Positions 21,199 through 31,882 of a DNA stretch of 64,000 nucleotides are shown here, in pieces. The notes beneath the pieces were generated by a model. That model was given only the letters and a program-made list of their open reading frames with translations. It was not told where the DNA came from and ran no database searches. Made by a program: the position numbers and the translations under genes. The DNA comes from Corallochytrium limacisporum Hawaii (lineage: Eukaryota > Protista > Pluriformea). How positions within the stretch are numbered: position 1 is the stretch's first letter; every line of letters begins with the position of its first letter. The stretch is from contig PDIP01000032.1 in assembly GCA_002811645.1 (NCBI GenBank), forward strand, positions 277,213-341,212, given 5' to 3'.

Positions 21199-22691
21199 TG
21201 TGTGTTATTGCTGTTGTAGAAATTGGAATTATTTCCTGGTATTTGTATGATTTCACGTGTCCTATGCGACCATGCTCGATAGCTTGTGTTTGACTGGTGG
21301 CAATGTAAATACTTGTTAGTTTTGTTATATTATGAACTTTGCGCAATAAACGTGAGCTGATCAAATGAACCTAAAATACCAACACCATCATACGTCATTT
21401 CTTTGCACACCTGCGAATTCACTGCAAGCCGGAGGCTCACCGTGCCCCTCTTGGGCACCCAATTCATCGCTCTCTGCAACTGCCGCGAAACCACCCGGTA
21501 GCACGTACCCCTCAGCGCTCAAAGCACTCGCGCTACTCTTCCATAGTTAAGTCTCCCCACCACCCATAGGCAGTAATTCGAATGCCCTCCTCAGCCCGGG
21601 CCGAGCGAGTGGAGAAACTGAGCGAGCGAACTAGTAAGCGAGCTGAGAAAGGGACAATTTGGCGCCGCCTTCGTCAGGGTACCGCCTTCTGGGTCCCCCA
21701 GAGTCGTGTGCGGTCGTGTTATATCGTCAGAGGTCCCGTGGCGTGCGTGTCCCTTTGGTGCACCGTTCGTACAGGCTACCCCTTGCCCGGACTGCCGCCT
21801 CCACAGCCAGAGCACCCTGCAGAGAGGAACTGAAGCCCCCAAAGCTGTGTCCCCCTGCGGCACACGCTCGCTCTCAGTGGAGCGCCCAGCAGGGGCAAAA
21901 AAAAATGGAAAAAAAAGCCCAGACCGCTGCTGCCCCCGAAAACCTCGCCGGAACCGGCGTTGATATGCCGCCTTGGCTCGGGTACATTCACTACCGGTCC
22001 CGGCCACTGCCCCGGGGGGGAGGGTGATGTAAGCAAAAAAAAACATGTATAACAAAAAATATCTACTGCCCTATTCGACTTCGTAATTTCCATAGAATGG
22101 GTATGGGAATATAGTCCCGGGACACTACCACGGATGGCACCGGGCCACCCTAACCGAGCGGGCCCGTTCTGGGGATTTTCCGACTACCAAGTCGAAGACT
22201 TGCGAAGCTCTGGAACTCGCTTCTCGATAGTCAACATACTGAGATCCAAAGGACCCTCCGCGGGTTCCGTTGCCAAATCGGTACTCAAGATTGTCTTTTA
22301 TGGCTCACATGGTGATGAAAAAATCGGCACTTTGAGTATGAAAATGCTGCTGCCGGTAGGGGGAGTGATCGGCACGGGTGTCAGAGAGCCTCGGCCACAA
22401 AACTTCAGGAGTGGGAGATCCAGGTTCCGTTCTCAAAGAGGGGTTAGGAAAGATTGCGCAGCGAGGCTATATTAAGACTGCGTACGGAGCACCAAGTTGT
22501 ATGGTTACGTCACGGATGGCCATACGTTGATATTCTACTCTCATGGTTGTTGTAGGCAGTTGAAGTGGTCGCTCCGAAGCTTAACCGTATTCCAGTGTGT
22601 AATCAGGGTGAGAAGTTCCAATTGCTGACGCTTGAGTCCGAACGGGCTGGTGTACAAATCCAAGATGTAAGCAACTGGCGCCCGATAGCGT

Positions 22692-23876
22692 ATGACAGCA
22701 ATAGAAGTAAACATGCCAGAAAATGGAAGTAAAGGGCCTCTCTTCGTCCCCGGGGGACAGATTATTAGCAGACACAAACGACGCCGCCTGCATCCCTGTC
22801 GTCGCTCCACAGAGTTTGATTTCAAGCACAAGGTTGGATCCGGGGCATACGGTGAAGTTCATATGGCAGCTCACAGAAAAACCGGGAAAACGGTTGCGAT
22901 GAAGAAAATCCTGACACAGAAATCGTCAGGTGGTGGGTCCGAAGGCATCCCGCTCACAGCGCTCCGTGAAATTAAGATTCTGAAGCAACTGGACCATCCG
23001 AATATTGTAGCGCTCCTAGAGGTCATGTACGACCCCACAAATCATGCCGCTGTCTTTATGGCCTTTGAGTACTGTGAGAACGATCTCAGAGCTCTCATCA
23101 ATCGTGAGAGGTTCGACCTTGGTCAGATCAAGTGCTACTTTCAACAATTGCTCTGGGGCCTGTGGTACTTGCACGTGAAGAAAATCATCCATCGTGATCT
23201 CAAGACCGCCAATATCCTAATCAACAATGAGGGCATCCTCAAATTGGCAGACTTTGGGCTGGCCCGTGAGATGAATGATTCTGGTCGGTACACCAACCGT
23301 GTGATCACCCTGTGGTATCGGCCGCCAGAGCTCATTCTCTGCGACAAGAGCGACAACTATTACGATGAGCGCGTGGATATGTGGGGAGCAGGTTGCATAC
23401 TAGCTGAAATGTTCATGCGGAAACCTTACCTACGCGGCGGTGATACGGAGATGGAGCAACTCAAGAAAATCTGGGAAGTATGTGGTGATCCTCTACTCCA
23501 GGGATTCAGTGCAGTAAGGGATTATGGCAATTGGAACTTTTGCAGGCCCCCTGCCGGAGCCCAATCCCAGGTGCCAAAATTTGCTGACCGCGTACCCAAA
23601 GATGGCAACTGCTATGGTCAGGTGCCTCCTGATGCGGTCGATCTCCTCACGCAACTTCTAAGCCTAAATCCACAAAAACGTCCCACAGCCGGCGAGGCGC
23701 TCGATCACAACTTTTTCTGGACACAACCGATGCCATCGCGGCCAGACAGTCTGCCGAAGTACCGAGCCAGCCACCAAACTCGCCGAGAACGCCACGGACG
23801 AATGATAATTCATTATGAGACTGGCATCAGTAATTCGTCAAGTGCTAGCAGCAAAAAACGCTTAAGGCGCGCGTGA
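22692..23876 (+). CDS. CDK9: Transcriptional cyclin-dependent kinase (CDK9/CDK12/BUR1 clade)
   Basis: GSGAYGEV, cyclin-binding helix EGIPLTALREIKIL, HRDLKTANIL, LADFGLAR, YTNRVITLWYRPPEL. Exact orthology within the clade is uncertain. Alternative ATG at 22713. Confidence 0.88.
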   Translation: MTAIEVNMPENGSKGPLFVPGGQIISRHKRRRLHPCRRSTEFDFKHKVGSGAYGEVHMAAHRKTGKTVAMKKILTQKSSGGGSEGIPLTALREIKILKQLDHPNIVALLEVMYDPTNHAAVFMAFEYCENDLRALINRERFDLGQIKCYFQQLLWGLWYLHVKKIIHRDLKTANILINNEGILKLADFGLAREMNDSGRYTNRVITLWYRPPELILCDKSDNYYDERVDMWGAGCILAEMFMRKPYLRGGDTEMEQLKKIWEVCGDPLLQGFSAVRDYGNWNFCRPPAGAQSQVPKFADRVPKDGNCYGQVPPDAVDLLTQLLSLNPQKRPTAGEALDHNFFWTQPMPSRPDSLPKYRASHQTRRERHGRMIIHYETGISNSSSASSKKRLRRA

Positions 23877-23926
23877 TAGTATCCAGACGTTAATGGAGTC
23901 CATGCACTATATTTCAATATAAACAC

Positions 23927-26900
23927 TTAAGCTACTTTAACATATCCACGTCTTTTGGACGGGCGAACGGCCGTTATTATCCTGTCCTGCTCGGTGTCGT
24001 CTTCGGCAACTTCCTCGCCAGATCTCTCCGTTGTATGAACCCCAACGAGACAAAACTCCATCACAGGCCATGAGAGCATGCCGATCCTTCGCGGGCTGAT
24101 GGCAATGGTCACAGTCTCATACTCTCCTGGCCTGGGTACATCAAAGGTGCCGGTAATCTTGCCCGTTGAGGTCCATTGCTGTGATGGCAGCAAGGTGTAG
24201 ATGACAGACGCACCAGTCAAGTTCTCGCAAAGGTTCTCGATGCGCACATCACAACCATAAGATTGCAGAGGTTCCATTGTTGTGACATCACCGTGGGGCG
24301 TTAACGAGTACGCAATTGCTGCATCGCGAGGATCCAACAGCAAGGGGGTGTGCACATTGACACGGGTCACATCGGTTAGCACAGATGGCAGATTGGACAG
24401 TGTCGGAACCAACGGCCGTAGCTCTGCCGCAAATGTCAGAACGCCCTGCAACCGATCCAGTGGCGGTGCGATAGATCCGTTGTATGGGAAGATTACGTGG
24501 AAGGTATCGTGACAAAGGTATGAATTTGTGCTGATCGAATACTGGCCGTCGGCGTGCATGACGGTTCCTCCGGAGGGCAACACAAGCTCTCCCCGGGCTG
24601 TGCTCAGGTCACGGACCCGCGTGTTCACACTACACACAGCGAAGTTTTCCACATTACAAAATTTGGTCCTGATTGATAGCTGCCAGGCATCACTGTCATG
24701 AAGCCACTGTATCTTTTCTACAGCGATGATCTCCTTTCCGACAACGGGGCACTCACAATGGCGGGTATACGTCTTGCCACTGTCGTTCTCATAGATGAAT
24801 TTCAGGGTGAGGCGGGTGGCATCAGGATGCTCGGCTCCATCACCAATGTGTACTTTACGATCAAAGCGCTGCGAGTGGTCGTAGATGATTGGAATAGGAA
24901 ATTTGGCAATGCGTTTGCGTCCATCACCCGGCACACGGATGGCATCGACGATGAGAACGCCATCTTCTACTGTGGTTTCGTGCTCCAGATCACCAATGCA
25001 GAACCTGATGGGCCCGTCGACCATTTGGCAGGATTCATCAAGACGATTGACGAGCTCTGCTGTGAACGATTTTACCTTAGTGAAGATGTCTAACTCGACT
25101 AGCAGCGTTTGTTCTGCATCCGCCACCAATGCCTGCCCAAGAGCAGTCCACACCCTGGCATCTGTCACCGGATCTGCATCCACCACATTGATTTGCTGCG
25201 ATGTAGACTCAGACATTGGTGCCAAGAAAACCACCGAGCCAATGGTCATGAAGATGTTCTCGAGACTGTAGAGCCCCGGTTGGGCGCAAGTGAATTCTCC
25301 GGAAATAAAATTTGTCCCGGGTTCCAGTTGGACACCACCTACTTCGACATTGAGATTCCTCGTTTGAGGTGTTAGTGCCAGGGCCGCATACTCCTCATCA
25401 GCTGCATCCCGTCCGTCATTCAGGTTCTGAATGGAAACAAACGAGTTCATGAAGCGCTTCGCACTGGGCCCAAACCACAAGGCCACCAATTCAACGTCGA
25501 CCGACCTCAGGTTGAGCACTACGTCTGTGTGATTTTCGACCTTCATGCGGTACTGTATGTTCTGACCTTCGTAGGCCTCCAAGACTGATGTTTGGCCCAC
25601 TTCCTCATGGTCTGATATGTTGAATCGAGGGGATTCAAAAGTGACCATGGATTGAATAAAGATGGGCTCCGATGTCTCAAGAGTGATAGTCTCACTGAGC
25701 TCGAGGAACTTCTCTAGCACTTGCTCTTCTGAGCCACCATGCTTTCGATGGATGCTTTCAATCACATGAGCGGGAATGGAGTGTCCCAGTGTGAGCAAAC
25801 GTACATAGCTCATGAACAGTTCCCCATCGTTCTCCGATGCTCTCAGGCACTGAACAAGGAGCAATCGTAGTTCGTACTCAAGATAAAGCCAACCTTCGGA
25901 CATATACTCGTTGGCCAGAGTCGAGTAACACTCAGCAGCTTGCTCGTACCGAGCACAGCTCATCAGGACATCATTTAGTTTTCGGCGAACCCGTCTGCCC
26001 ATCCGAGGACGCCCAGCGAGAGCAAACGATGCATCGGTGGACTGTGCCAGCTTCTCGAGGATTCTGAAGAAGCAAACAGGGTCACTGACAATCACGCCGA
26101 GTCCTTCCAGGGCACCGTTGATGGAATGGTTTGCATGCTCGGCTCTAGTCTCATCAGGAGGAGCAAGGCCTTTCAAGCCCCCAATTTGCACTAAGTGTTC
26201 GAATGCAAAATTCTCTAGATGAGCCCGCACCAAGTCCAGCGTGGTCTGATCCTCCAAATGGACCGTTCCGTTCTGAATTGCCAGTGCTTCGAACACTTCA
26301 ATCAAGTGCAATGATGCAGTGAACGCCCATGACGCCGCGACGGCTGTGTTCTGTTCCTGAACAAGCAAAGACTCGGATGTACTCAGGAAGGACTGAACAG
26401 TCCCAAGAAAATCAACATATGCACCGCATAGTCCAAGCAATCTGAGTAATTGGATGTGAACAAAGTAATATAACTGCAAGGACAGCAGATGACAGGATGT
26501 GGACATGTCATCAGAGTCGTCCAGATCAATAGTTCGGCTCTGCGCAATCGATGACGCACTGTTAACAATATCAATAGCACTCAACCCTGGGGTTCCGTTC
26601 GAAGCGGTCTTGGTCAATGACATGGTCCCATCAGCAACAGAGTCCTCCATATACTTTCCTGCGTCCCGATAGACGTTAATCGCCTCATTGTACTGCAGGA
26701 AGCGTTCGTGAGTGCTGGCAATGATGTTCGCAATTCTTGCAATCCTAATAACATGCTTGACACCACCGCCCTGTTCTATCTCAGCCTTGAAAATCGCATC
26801 CAAACTCTTTATCCGTACCTCATATCCGTTTACAATGTGTTTCTTTAGTACCCCAGCGAATTCTGTCAGGGACTCATCGATCACACTGCCCGTGCTATTG

Positions 26901-27532
26901 GTAGTGTTCGACTGGAGCAGTGAAAGAGTGTGAATGTTGTGTGTGCCGAGTGAGGGCGAAAATTCGGTCTTCACGCGTTCGAAAACATTTGACTTCATGG
27001 TCAACTTGCTCACAAAGTTCTGCGCCGCCTGTGCTACTTCACCGCGTTTAGGAACCATGCACAGAACAAGCAGAGACGGACGAGGTTCCTCAGGTTTGAG
27101 ACCACTCAACAGGTCTTGAGTTTTCTTGATCATGCCTTTTATGTAGTCTCTCTGGGCATTGTCTTCTGGATACAGAAGGAAGATAATGGCCTCAGGTGTC
27201 ATCAAGAGAGACCGGTCGTCGTCGTCCATCCCTACGCCAGATCCGGGAAAGTACTTTGAGATGCCTTTCCTTCGCGCGACATGTTCAAAATTGACGTCAA
27301 AGTCCGCAGCTCTCCGCATACTTCCAGATTTATTCCTCCACGTTAAGTCCTTGAACGGTAAGACTCTCGAAATCTCCTGCCGAAAACGATCGTACACTGC
27401 TTTGTCGTGGGTAACACAAGGTAAACTCAGCGGTGCAATATCTGTGCCGAGTGTGTGAACTACTAACAGTTCCAATGAGGTACCCAACAAGTCGTCTGAC
27501 TTGGATACGTTTAATGTGGACTCGCTTGCCAT
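23927..27532 (-). CDS. TRAPPC10: TRAPP II subunit TRAPPC10/Trs130
   Basis: 1201 aa. N-terminal LPFKDLTWRNKSGSMRR, NVFERVKTEF, AGRPRMG, YMSEGW and C-terminal WTSTGKITG...ISPRRIGMLSWP match remembered Trs130 blocks. Confidence 0.82.
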   Translation of the reverse strand: MASESTLNVSKSDDLLGTSLELLVVHTLGTDIAPLSLPCVTHDKAVYDRFRQEISRVLPFKDLTWRNKSGSMRRAADFDVNFEHVARRKGISKYFPGSGVGMDDDDRSLLMTPEAIIFLLYPEDNAQRDYIKGMIKKTQDLLSGLKPEEPRPSLLVLCMVPKRGEVAQAAQNFVSKLTMKSNVFERVKTEFSPSLGTHNIHTLSLLQSNTTNSTGSVIDESLTEFAGVLKKHIVNGYEVRIKSLDAIFKAEIEQGGGVKHVIRIARIANIIASTHERFLQYNEAINVYRDAGKYMEDSVADGTMSLTKTASNGTPGLSAIDIVNSASSIAQSRTIDLDDSDDMSTSCHLLSLQLYYFVHIQLLRLLGLCGAYVDFLGTVQSFLSTSESLLVQEQNTAVAASWAFTASLHLIEVFEALAIQNGTVHLEDQTTLDLVRAHLENFAFEHLVQIGGLKGLAPPDETRAEHANHSINGALEGLGVIVSDPVCFFRILEKLAQSTDASFALAGRPRMGRRVRRKLNDVLMSCARYEQAAECYSTLANEYMSEGWLYLEYELRLLLVQCLRASENDGELFMSYVRLLTLGHSIPAHVIESIHRKHGGSEEQVLEKFLELSETITLETSEPIFIQSMVTFESPRFNISDHEEVGQTSVLEAYEGQNIQYRMKVENHTDVVLNLRSVDVELVALWFGPSAKRFMNSFVSIQNLNDGRDAADEEYAALALTPQTRNLNVEVGGVQLEPGTNFISGEFTCAQPGLYSLENIFMTIGSVVFLAPMSESTSQQINVVDADPVTDARVWTALGQALVADAEQTLLVELDIFTKVKSFTAELVNRLDESCQMVDGPIRFCIGDLEHETTVEDGVLIVDAIRVPGDGRKRIAKFPIPIIYDHSQRFDRKVHIGDGAEHPDATRLTLKFIYENDSGKTYTRHCECPVVGKEIIAVEKIQWLHDSDAWQLSIRTKFCNVENFAVCSVNTRVRDLSTARGELVLPSGGTVMHADGQYSISTNSYLCHDTFHVIFPYNGSIAPPLDRLQGVLTFAAELRPLVPTLSNLPSVLTDVTRVNVHTPLLLDPRDAAIAYSLTPHGDVTTMEPLQSYGCDVRIENLCENLTGASVIYTLLPSQQWTSTGKITGTFDVPRPGEYETVTIAISPRRIGMLSWPVMEFCLVGVHTTERSGEEVAEDDTEQDRIITAVRPSKRRGYVKVA

Positions 27533-28007
27533 TGCTGTATTGACGAAAAAGACAGGTTGGAGGACCTGCTATGCAGAGATCCAACCTGTTCCTGTTCTGT
27601 TCACATTTTCGGATTGTTCAGCTAAACCACGCCATTCCTTCCCGAGAACTTGCAAGTCTCCTGAAATCTTCACAAACACACGATCTATTTATTACATGTC
27701 TCTTAAGTTACTACCGAAAACATGAAATAGGTTCCCAGGTGTCTTTGTAGGCAAAGAATACAGTTAACAAATCGGCCCGTCGGGACGTGCGCCGCCCTCC
27801 CTTCCCTTCCCTTCCCGCCGTTGGTAAAGGGGCCCTGTAACACTCCGGAAGAACACCAGAGAAAGCAGACAAATAAAACTCCTCATCCAACGAGATCCAT
27901 TGCGCTCTCTCAAAGAGGCATGATTGGAGCAGTAGTACCAAATCACAAACATACACTTCCTTATATCTCTATATCTATGGTTTCTTTATATTCATATACT
28001 CTTGCAG

Positions 28008-28250
28008 CTATGCGGCAGTCTTGTCGGCACACATGTACAGCACATTGTTGCCACGGATGAACGCATCACCATAGGTGGCAGTCAGCTGACCCTTCACAAA
28101 CTCTTGTGTGTTCTCCATAGCAATGTTCATGAAGCCATCCAGTCGAGTCAGGGTCCCCCGGTAGTCAACTCCACTGTACAACTTGACGATGACCGGTTTG
28201 CCAATAATGTCCTTGAGATAGTCTGCTGGGTTCACGCGTTGGTTCGCCAT
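28008..28250 (-). CDS. LSM6: U6 snRNA-associated Sm-like protein LSm6 (80 aa)
   Basis: PADYLKDIIGKPVIVKLYSGVDYRGTLTRLDGFMNIAME...YGDAFIRGNNVLYM. True start is ATG 28250, not 28391. Confidence 0.94.
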   Translation of the reverse strand: MANQRVNPADYLKDIIGKPVIVKLYSGVDYRGTLTRLDGFMNIAMENTQEFVKGQLTATYGDAFIRGNNVLYMCADKTAA

Positions 28251-28739
28251 TGTAAAATGTATATCTCTGAAGCAGTGTAAGATTACCAGTTTCCAGCCAC
28301 ATTGAAAAAAAAATATGTTATCACTGTCCCCAGAACTAATCTCTTCAAATAACTGCGAACCATCCAATGTTATCGTTCGAAGGGCAGCCAACGCCGGAGG
28401 CGCCCTCTCACAAAAGTAACCCCAACCAGCCGCCCCGATTTCCCGGTTTCCCTTGTTTCCGGCTCTGGGGAGGCCACTGCGCGCAGGGCCCTAAACCTCA
28501 GTAAGTGCAGTCCTTCACGTGGGCCACTGCAGTGGGGGAAGGGGAGAGGACGGATGGGTCCCGCTGAGGTGAGGGACGGGCACGAGAGCCAAGAAACCCA
28601 CCCGTCCGTTATCCTGCAGGATTGGTGTGCCTGTTTTCGGGTATATGAAGGCATGTGTATGCTCCGTTCACAAGGTCAGTCATCAGATGCTAGTAAATAA
28701 ACTTCATGGCTCAGCACTGGGGCACAAATACAGGTAGCC

Positions 28740-29867
28740 ATGACAGAGCAAGGTAAAGGATCAGTGCCAGCCCAAGCAGCGGACGCGGTGCTTGTCAAGT
28801 CGGAAATGCTTCCGGGATATGACACCGTGATAAAGGGGTACGATTTCAATGACAGCAAGAATGGACAGGTTGACTATTGTGCTTTGTTGGATTCCTACTT
28901 GACCTCTGGATTCCAGGCACAGAACTTTGGTGAGGCCCTCTCCATCATTGACGAGATGCTTAGGTATCGTCGGGACGATTCCGAAAACGATGAACCCAAC
29001 AATGAGGAAGTGGAGCCTAAGCCTAAAAAAGCGACAATCTTCATGGGATACACAAGCAATCTCATTTCGTCCGGTCTTAGAGAAACCTTGCGGTTCCTTG
29101 TGCAACACAAACTGGTTGACTGCATCGTGACAACTGCAGGTGGAGTCGAGGAGGATGTGATCAAGTGCTTGGGTCCCACCTACGCTGGCGAGTTTGCTCT
29201 GCGCGGCGAGGATCTTCGAAAGAAGGGTCTTAACCGTATTGGAAATCTGCTTATTCCGAATGACAACTACTGTAGTTTTGAGGACTGGGTGACACCGATT
29301 CTGGACAAACTAGTAGAGGAGCAAACGACCAAAGAAGAGGGATGTTTCACACCCTCAGAGATTATTGAACGCCTGGGCCTTGAGATTAATGATGAGTCTA
29401 GTGTTCTATACTGGGCGGCCAAAAACAGGATTCCTATCTTCTGCCCAGCTCTGACCGATGGCAGTTTAGGTGATATGATCTTCTTTCATAGCTACCGAAA
29501 CCCAGGACTGAAAATTGACATTGCCCGCGATTTGAGAGCAGTCAACACAATGGCCATGAAGGCCGATCGTACAGGGATGCTGATCTTTGGAGGTGGCGTC
29601 ATCAAGCATCACATCTGTAATGCTAACCTCATGCGCAATGGTGCTGACTACGCAGTGTATGTGAACACGAGCCAGGAGTTCGATGGCAGTGATGCGGGTG
29701 CTAGGCCCGATGAGGCTGTGAGTTGGGGTAAGATTCGCATGGGGGCACGGTCCACAAAGATCTATGCCGATGCAACTCTTATTGTTCCACTCCTCGTGGC
29801 GCGCGCCGTTGTGCCTTACCATCACCAGCAGGTGCAAAAAGGCGAATGTGTCTGTTGTGGAAAGTAA
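28740..29867 (+). CDS. DHPS: Deoxyhypusine synthase
   Basis: [58 protein letters not shown] (catalytic Lys). Confidence 0.98.
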   Translation: MTEQGKGSVPAQAADAVLVKSEMLPGYDTVIKGYDFNDSKNGQVDYCALLDSYLTSGFQAQNFGEALSIIDEMLRYRRDDSENDEPNNEEVEPKPKKATIFMGYTSNLISSGLRETLRFLVQHKLVDCIVTTAGGVEEDVIKCLGPTYAGEFALRGEDLRKKGLNRIGNLLIPNDNYCSFEDWVTPILDKLVEEQTTKEEGCFTPSEIIERLGLEINDESSVLYWAAKNRIPIFCPALTDGSLGDMIFFHSYRNPGLKIDIARDLRAVNTMAMKADRTGMLIFGGGVIKHHICNANLMRNGADYAVYVNTSQEFDGSDAGARPDEAVSWGKIRMGARSTKIYADATLIVPLLVARAVVPYHHQQVQKGECVCCGK

Positions 29868-29934
29868 AGAATCATATCATGTATCATTCAATACCAAAAT
29901 GCAACTAAAGAACATCTCTAGAAACGCAAATGCT

Positions 29935-31389
29935 TTATTTGAGGAATGGAAGAGCCCATGAAGGTGGATCGACATTGTAGTCAAAATCTAGACCTTTGTA
30001 CCGCAGAGCATGCAAACAAATGTACAGTTCACTTTGTTTGGGGTCCCCGTACGGTCGTTTGCACTCTGGACAATCAGGATCTGCCGTGCCTTCTTCAATC
30101 ATTCGGGTAAGCTCGTCCGCGTCCCGGAAATAACGGGATTCTTCGGCTGGCAGGAGACGGGGTGCAAGCTCACACACCCCCGTCAACTGGTCAGCTTCCA
30201 TGCACCCCTTTGCCATATGCTGTCCCCATATCTCTTTGTTATTGTACAGGGGATCTCCCACGATTGGAAATCCCAGATATTGCAGATGAACTCTGATCTG
30301 ATGCATTCGTCCAGTTAAGGGAAGGCATTCCACAAGTGTCTGCTTTCCATCGAACCTGATTTTGCGAAATTTTGTGCACGCACTCCGCGGAATGTTGAGG
30401 TTACCGCTGCCGTCGTCGCGAGCGTTCCATAGTTCTTTTTCATCCGCGACATGTATCAGACCCAAGCCGGGAGCAATCATTTTCAATGGCTTCTCAACAA
30501 TGATGTAGTCACCGCCTGAAGGCTCTGGAAAGTCGCCATCAACTAGGGCCAGGTACGTCTTTTCTACATCTCGTTCTCTGATTCGCGCTGTGAGCATCTG
30601 AGCAGTGGGAAGATTCCGAGCCAGAACCATCAATCCGGAGGTCAAGCGATCGAGTCTATGCACCGTCCGAATGTTTTTCAGGCCGTTCTCATGCTCCAAG
30701 ATACCTAGCAGGGTATTGTGCTTGTATTTACCAGTTGCATGGATTGGCAATGATGCTGGTTTGTTGACCAGAAGCACATTCTGGTCAATCTCCTGCACCT
30801 CCAGTTTCGCATCAATCACAGGTCTTTCGTGCCGATGGGTCTCATTCTCCATGAGGTCCCGATCCTTGAACTTGTAATCCAATGAGGTACGCTCCCCGTT
30901 AATTGTAAGCTTCCCTAATTGGATCTGGTTTTCGTAGAATCCAGGCTCCTGTGCACGAAATTCATCCGAAAATACGTCCCGAAGCATTCTTCCAAGCCAT
31001 CGCTGTTTGGCGAACGTTCTATATGTGTACATGTATGGCTTCACGTGCCGGAGGCCATCTCGGAACTCGTACTCGGGTTTCGGTTCTTGTGCAGCAAAAG
31101 CTTTGTGTGCTCTCTTCTTGCTCCTGCTGTTTTGGTGATCTCCTTTGGCCTCTGCCTCCATCCTCTTCTGCTGGCGTCGGTTCTTCTCATACACCTTTTT
31201 CTCAGCCTTAGTCAACTTTCTGCGCTTGAAATCTGGCTGGGTACCATCGTTGCCACCAGACAGTTCATGTCGTTCTCGAGCACCCGTCATCCTTGCAAGC
31301 GCTGGGATCGCCAAGGTGGCATGCCTTGCTCCGTACTGCTTAAGTGCCGCCGGTCTCACGAACAACGGCGCTATGGTCCTGATGCGCAT
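29935..31389 (-). CDS. RPUSD2: RluA-family pseudouridine synthase (RPUSD2/RIB2/PUS9-like)
   Basis: KPYMYTYRTFAKQRWLGR, HRHERPV, VNKPASLPIH, HRLDRLTSG (catalytic Asp), PLTGRMHQIRVHL, LHALRY. Confidence 0.93.
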   Translation of the reverse strand: MRIRTIAPLFVRPAALKQYGARHATLAIPALARMTGARERHELSGGNDGTQPDFKRRKLTKAEKKVYEKNRRQQKRMEAEAKGDHQNSRSKKRAHKAFAAQEPKPEYEFRDGLRHVKPYMYTYRTFAKQRWLGRMLRDVFSDEFRAQEPGFYENQIQLGKLTINGERTSLDYKFKDRDLMENETHRHERPVIDAKLEVQEIDQNVLLVNKPASLPIHATGKYKHNTLLGILEHENGLKNIRTVHRLDRLTSGLMVLARNLPTAQMLTARIRERDVEKTYLALVDGDFPEPSGGDYIIVEKPLKMIAPGLGLIHVADEKELWNARDDGSGNLNIPRSACTKFRKIRFDGKQTLVECLPLTGRMHQIRVHLQYLGFPIVGDPLYNNKEIWGQHMAKGCMEADQLTGVCELAPRLLPAEESRYFRDADELTRMIEEGTADPDCPECKRPYGDPKQSELYICLHALRYKGLDFDYNVDPPSWALPFLK

Positions 31390-31882
31390 GGCATCGTTCT
31401 ACAATACAGCACTCTCTACCATACGCGGGCGTATCATGTTGAAATCAATCCAACTGTTCTCTATATTTCTATTAAGGACCTGCATGCGAACAAATACCTT
31501 CACTTGAAAGAGTTGCTGCAGTCGTGCAGACAGTGAGAGCAGTAGTCTCGTGGGCACACGATGCGGACGCGGACCCGCTCTCGTTTGTGAACCCTCCCGA
31601 CCCTCACCGGGACAGCCCCAGCAGGGAGGGGCGGGACTTTACAGTGTGGGATCTGACAGTGGGCCTGGCTACTCGATTGCATTCGACAAAAACCAGAAAA
31701 CGATTGGTAAACGAACGCAGCGAACTCCGACGAAGAACCGGGTATTTAGGATAGTGATTACATTCTATAGCAATCCTGTAGATTGTCGAAGTGTCACTTG
31801 TGTTGCACCAGTGATCGAACTTCGGTAGATGTAAGAGTTAATACAAAAATTTGATCGGCAAGTGGCGTCACAACAAGGGACC

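Noticed and set aside
28251-28391. 47-aa N-terminal extension of LSM6
   Set aside because: Non-ATG start and UTR-like sequence. The protein is complete from ATG 28250.
28501-28732. Possible 5'-UTR intron upstream of DHPS (GTAAGT...TACAG); similar hints near 34049-34108 and 61052-61141
   Set aside because: No complete set of donor, branch point and acceptor. Not supportable without transcripts.
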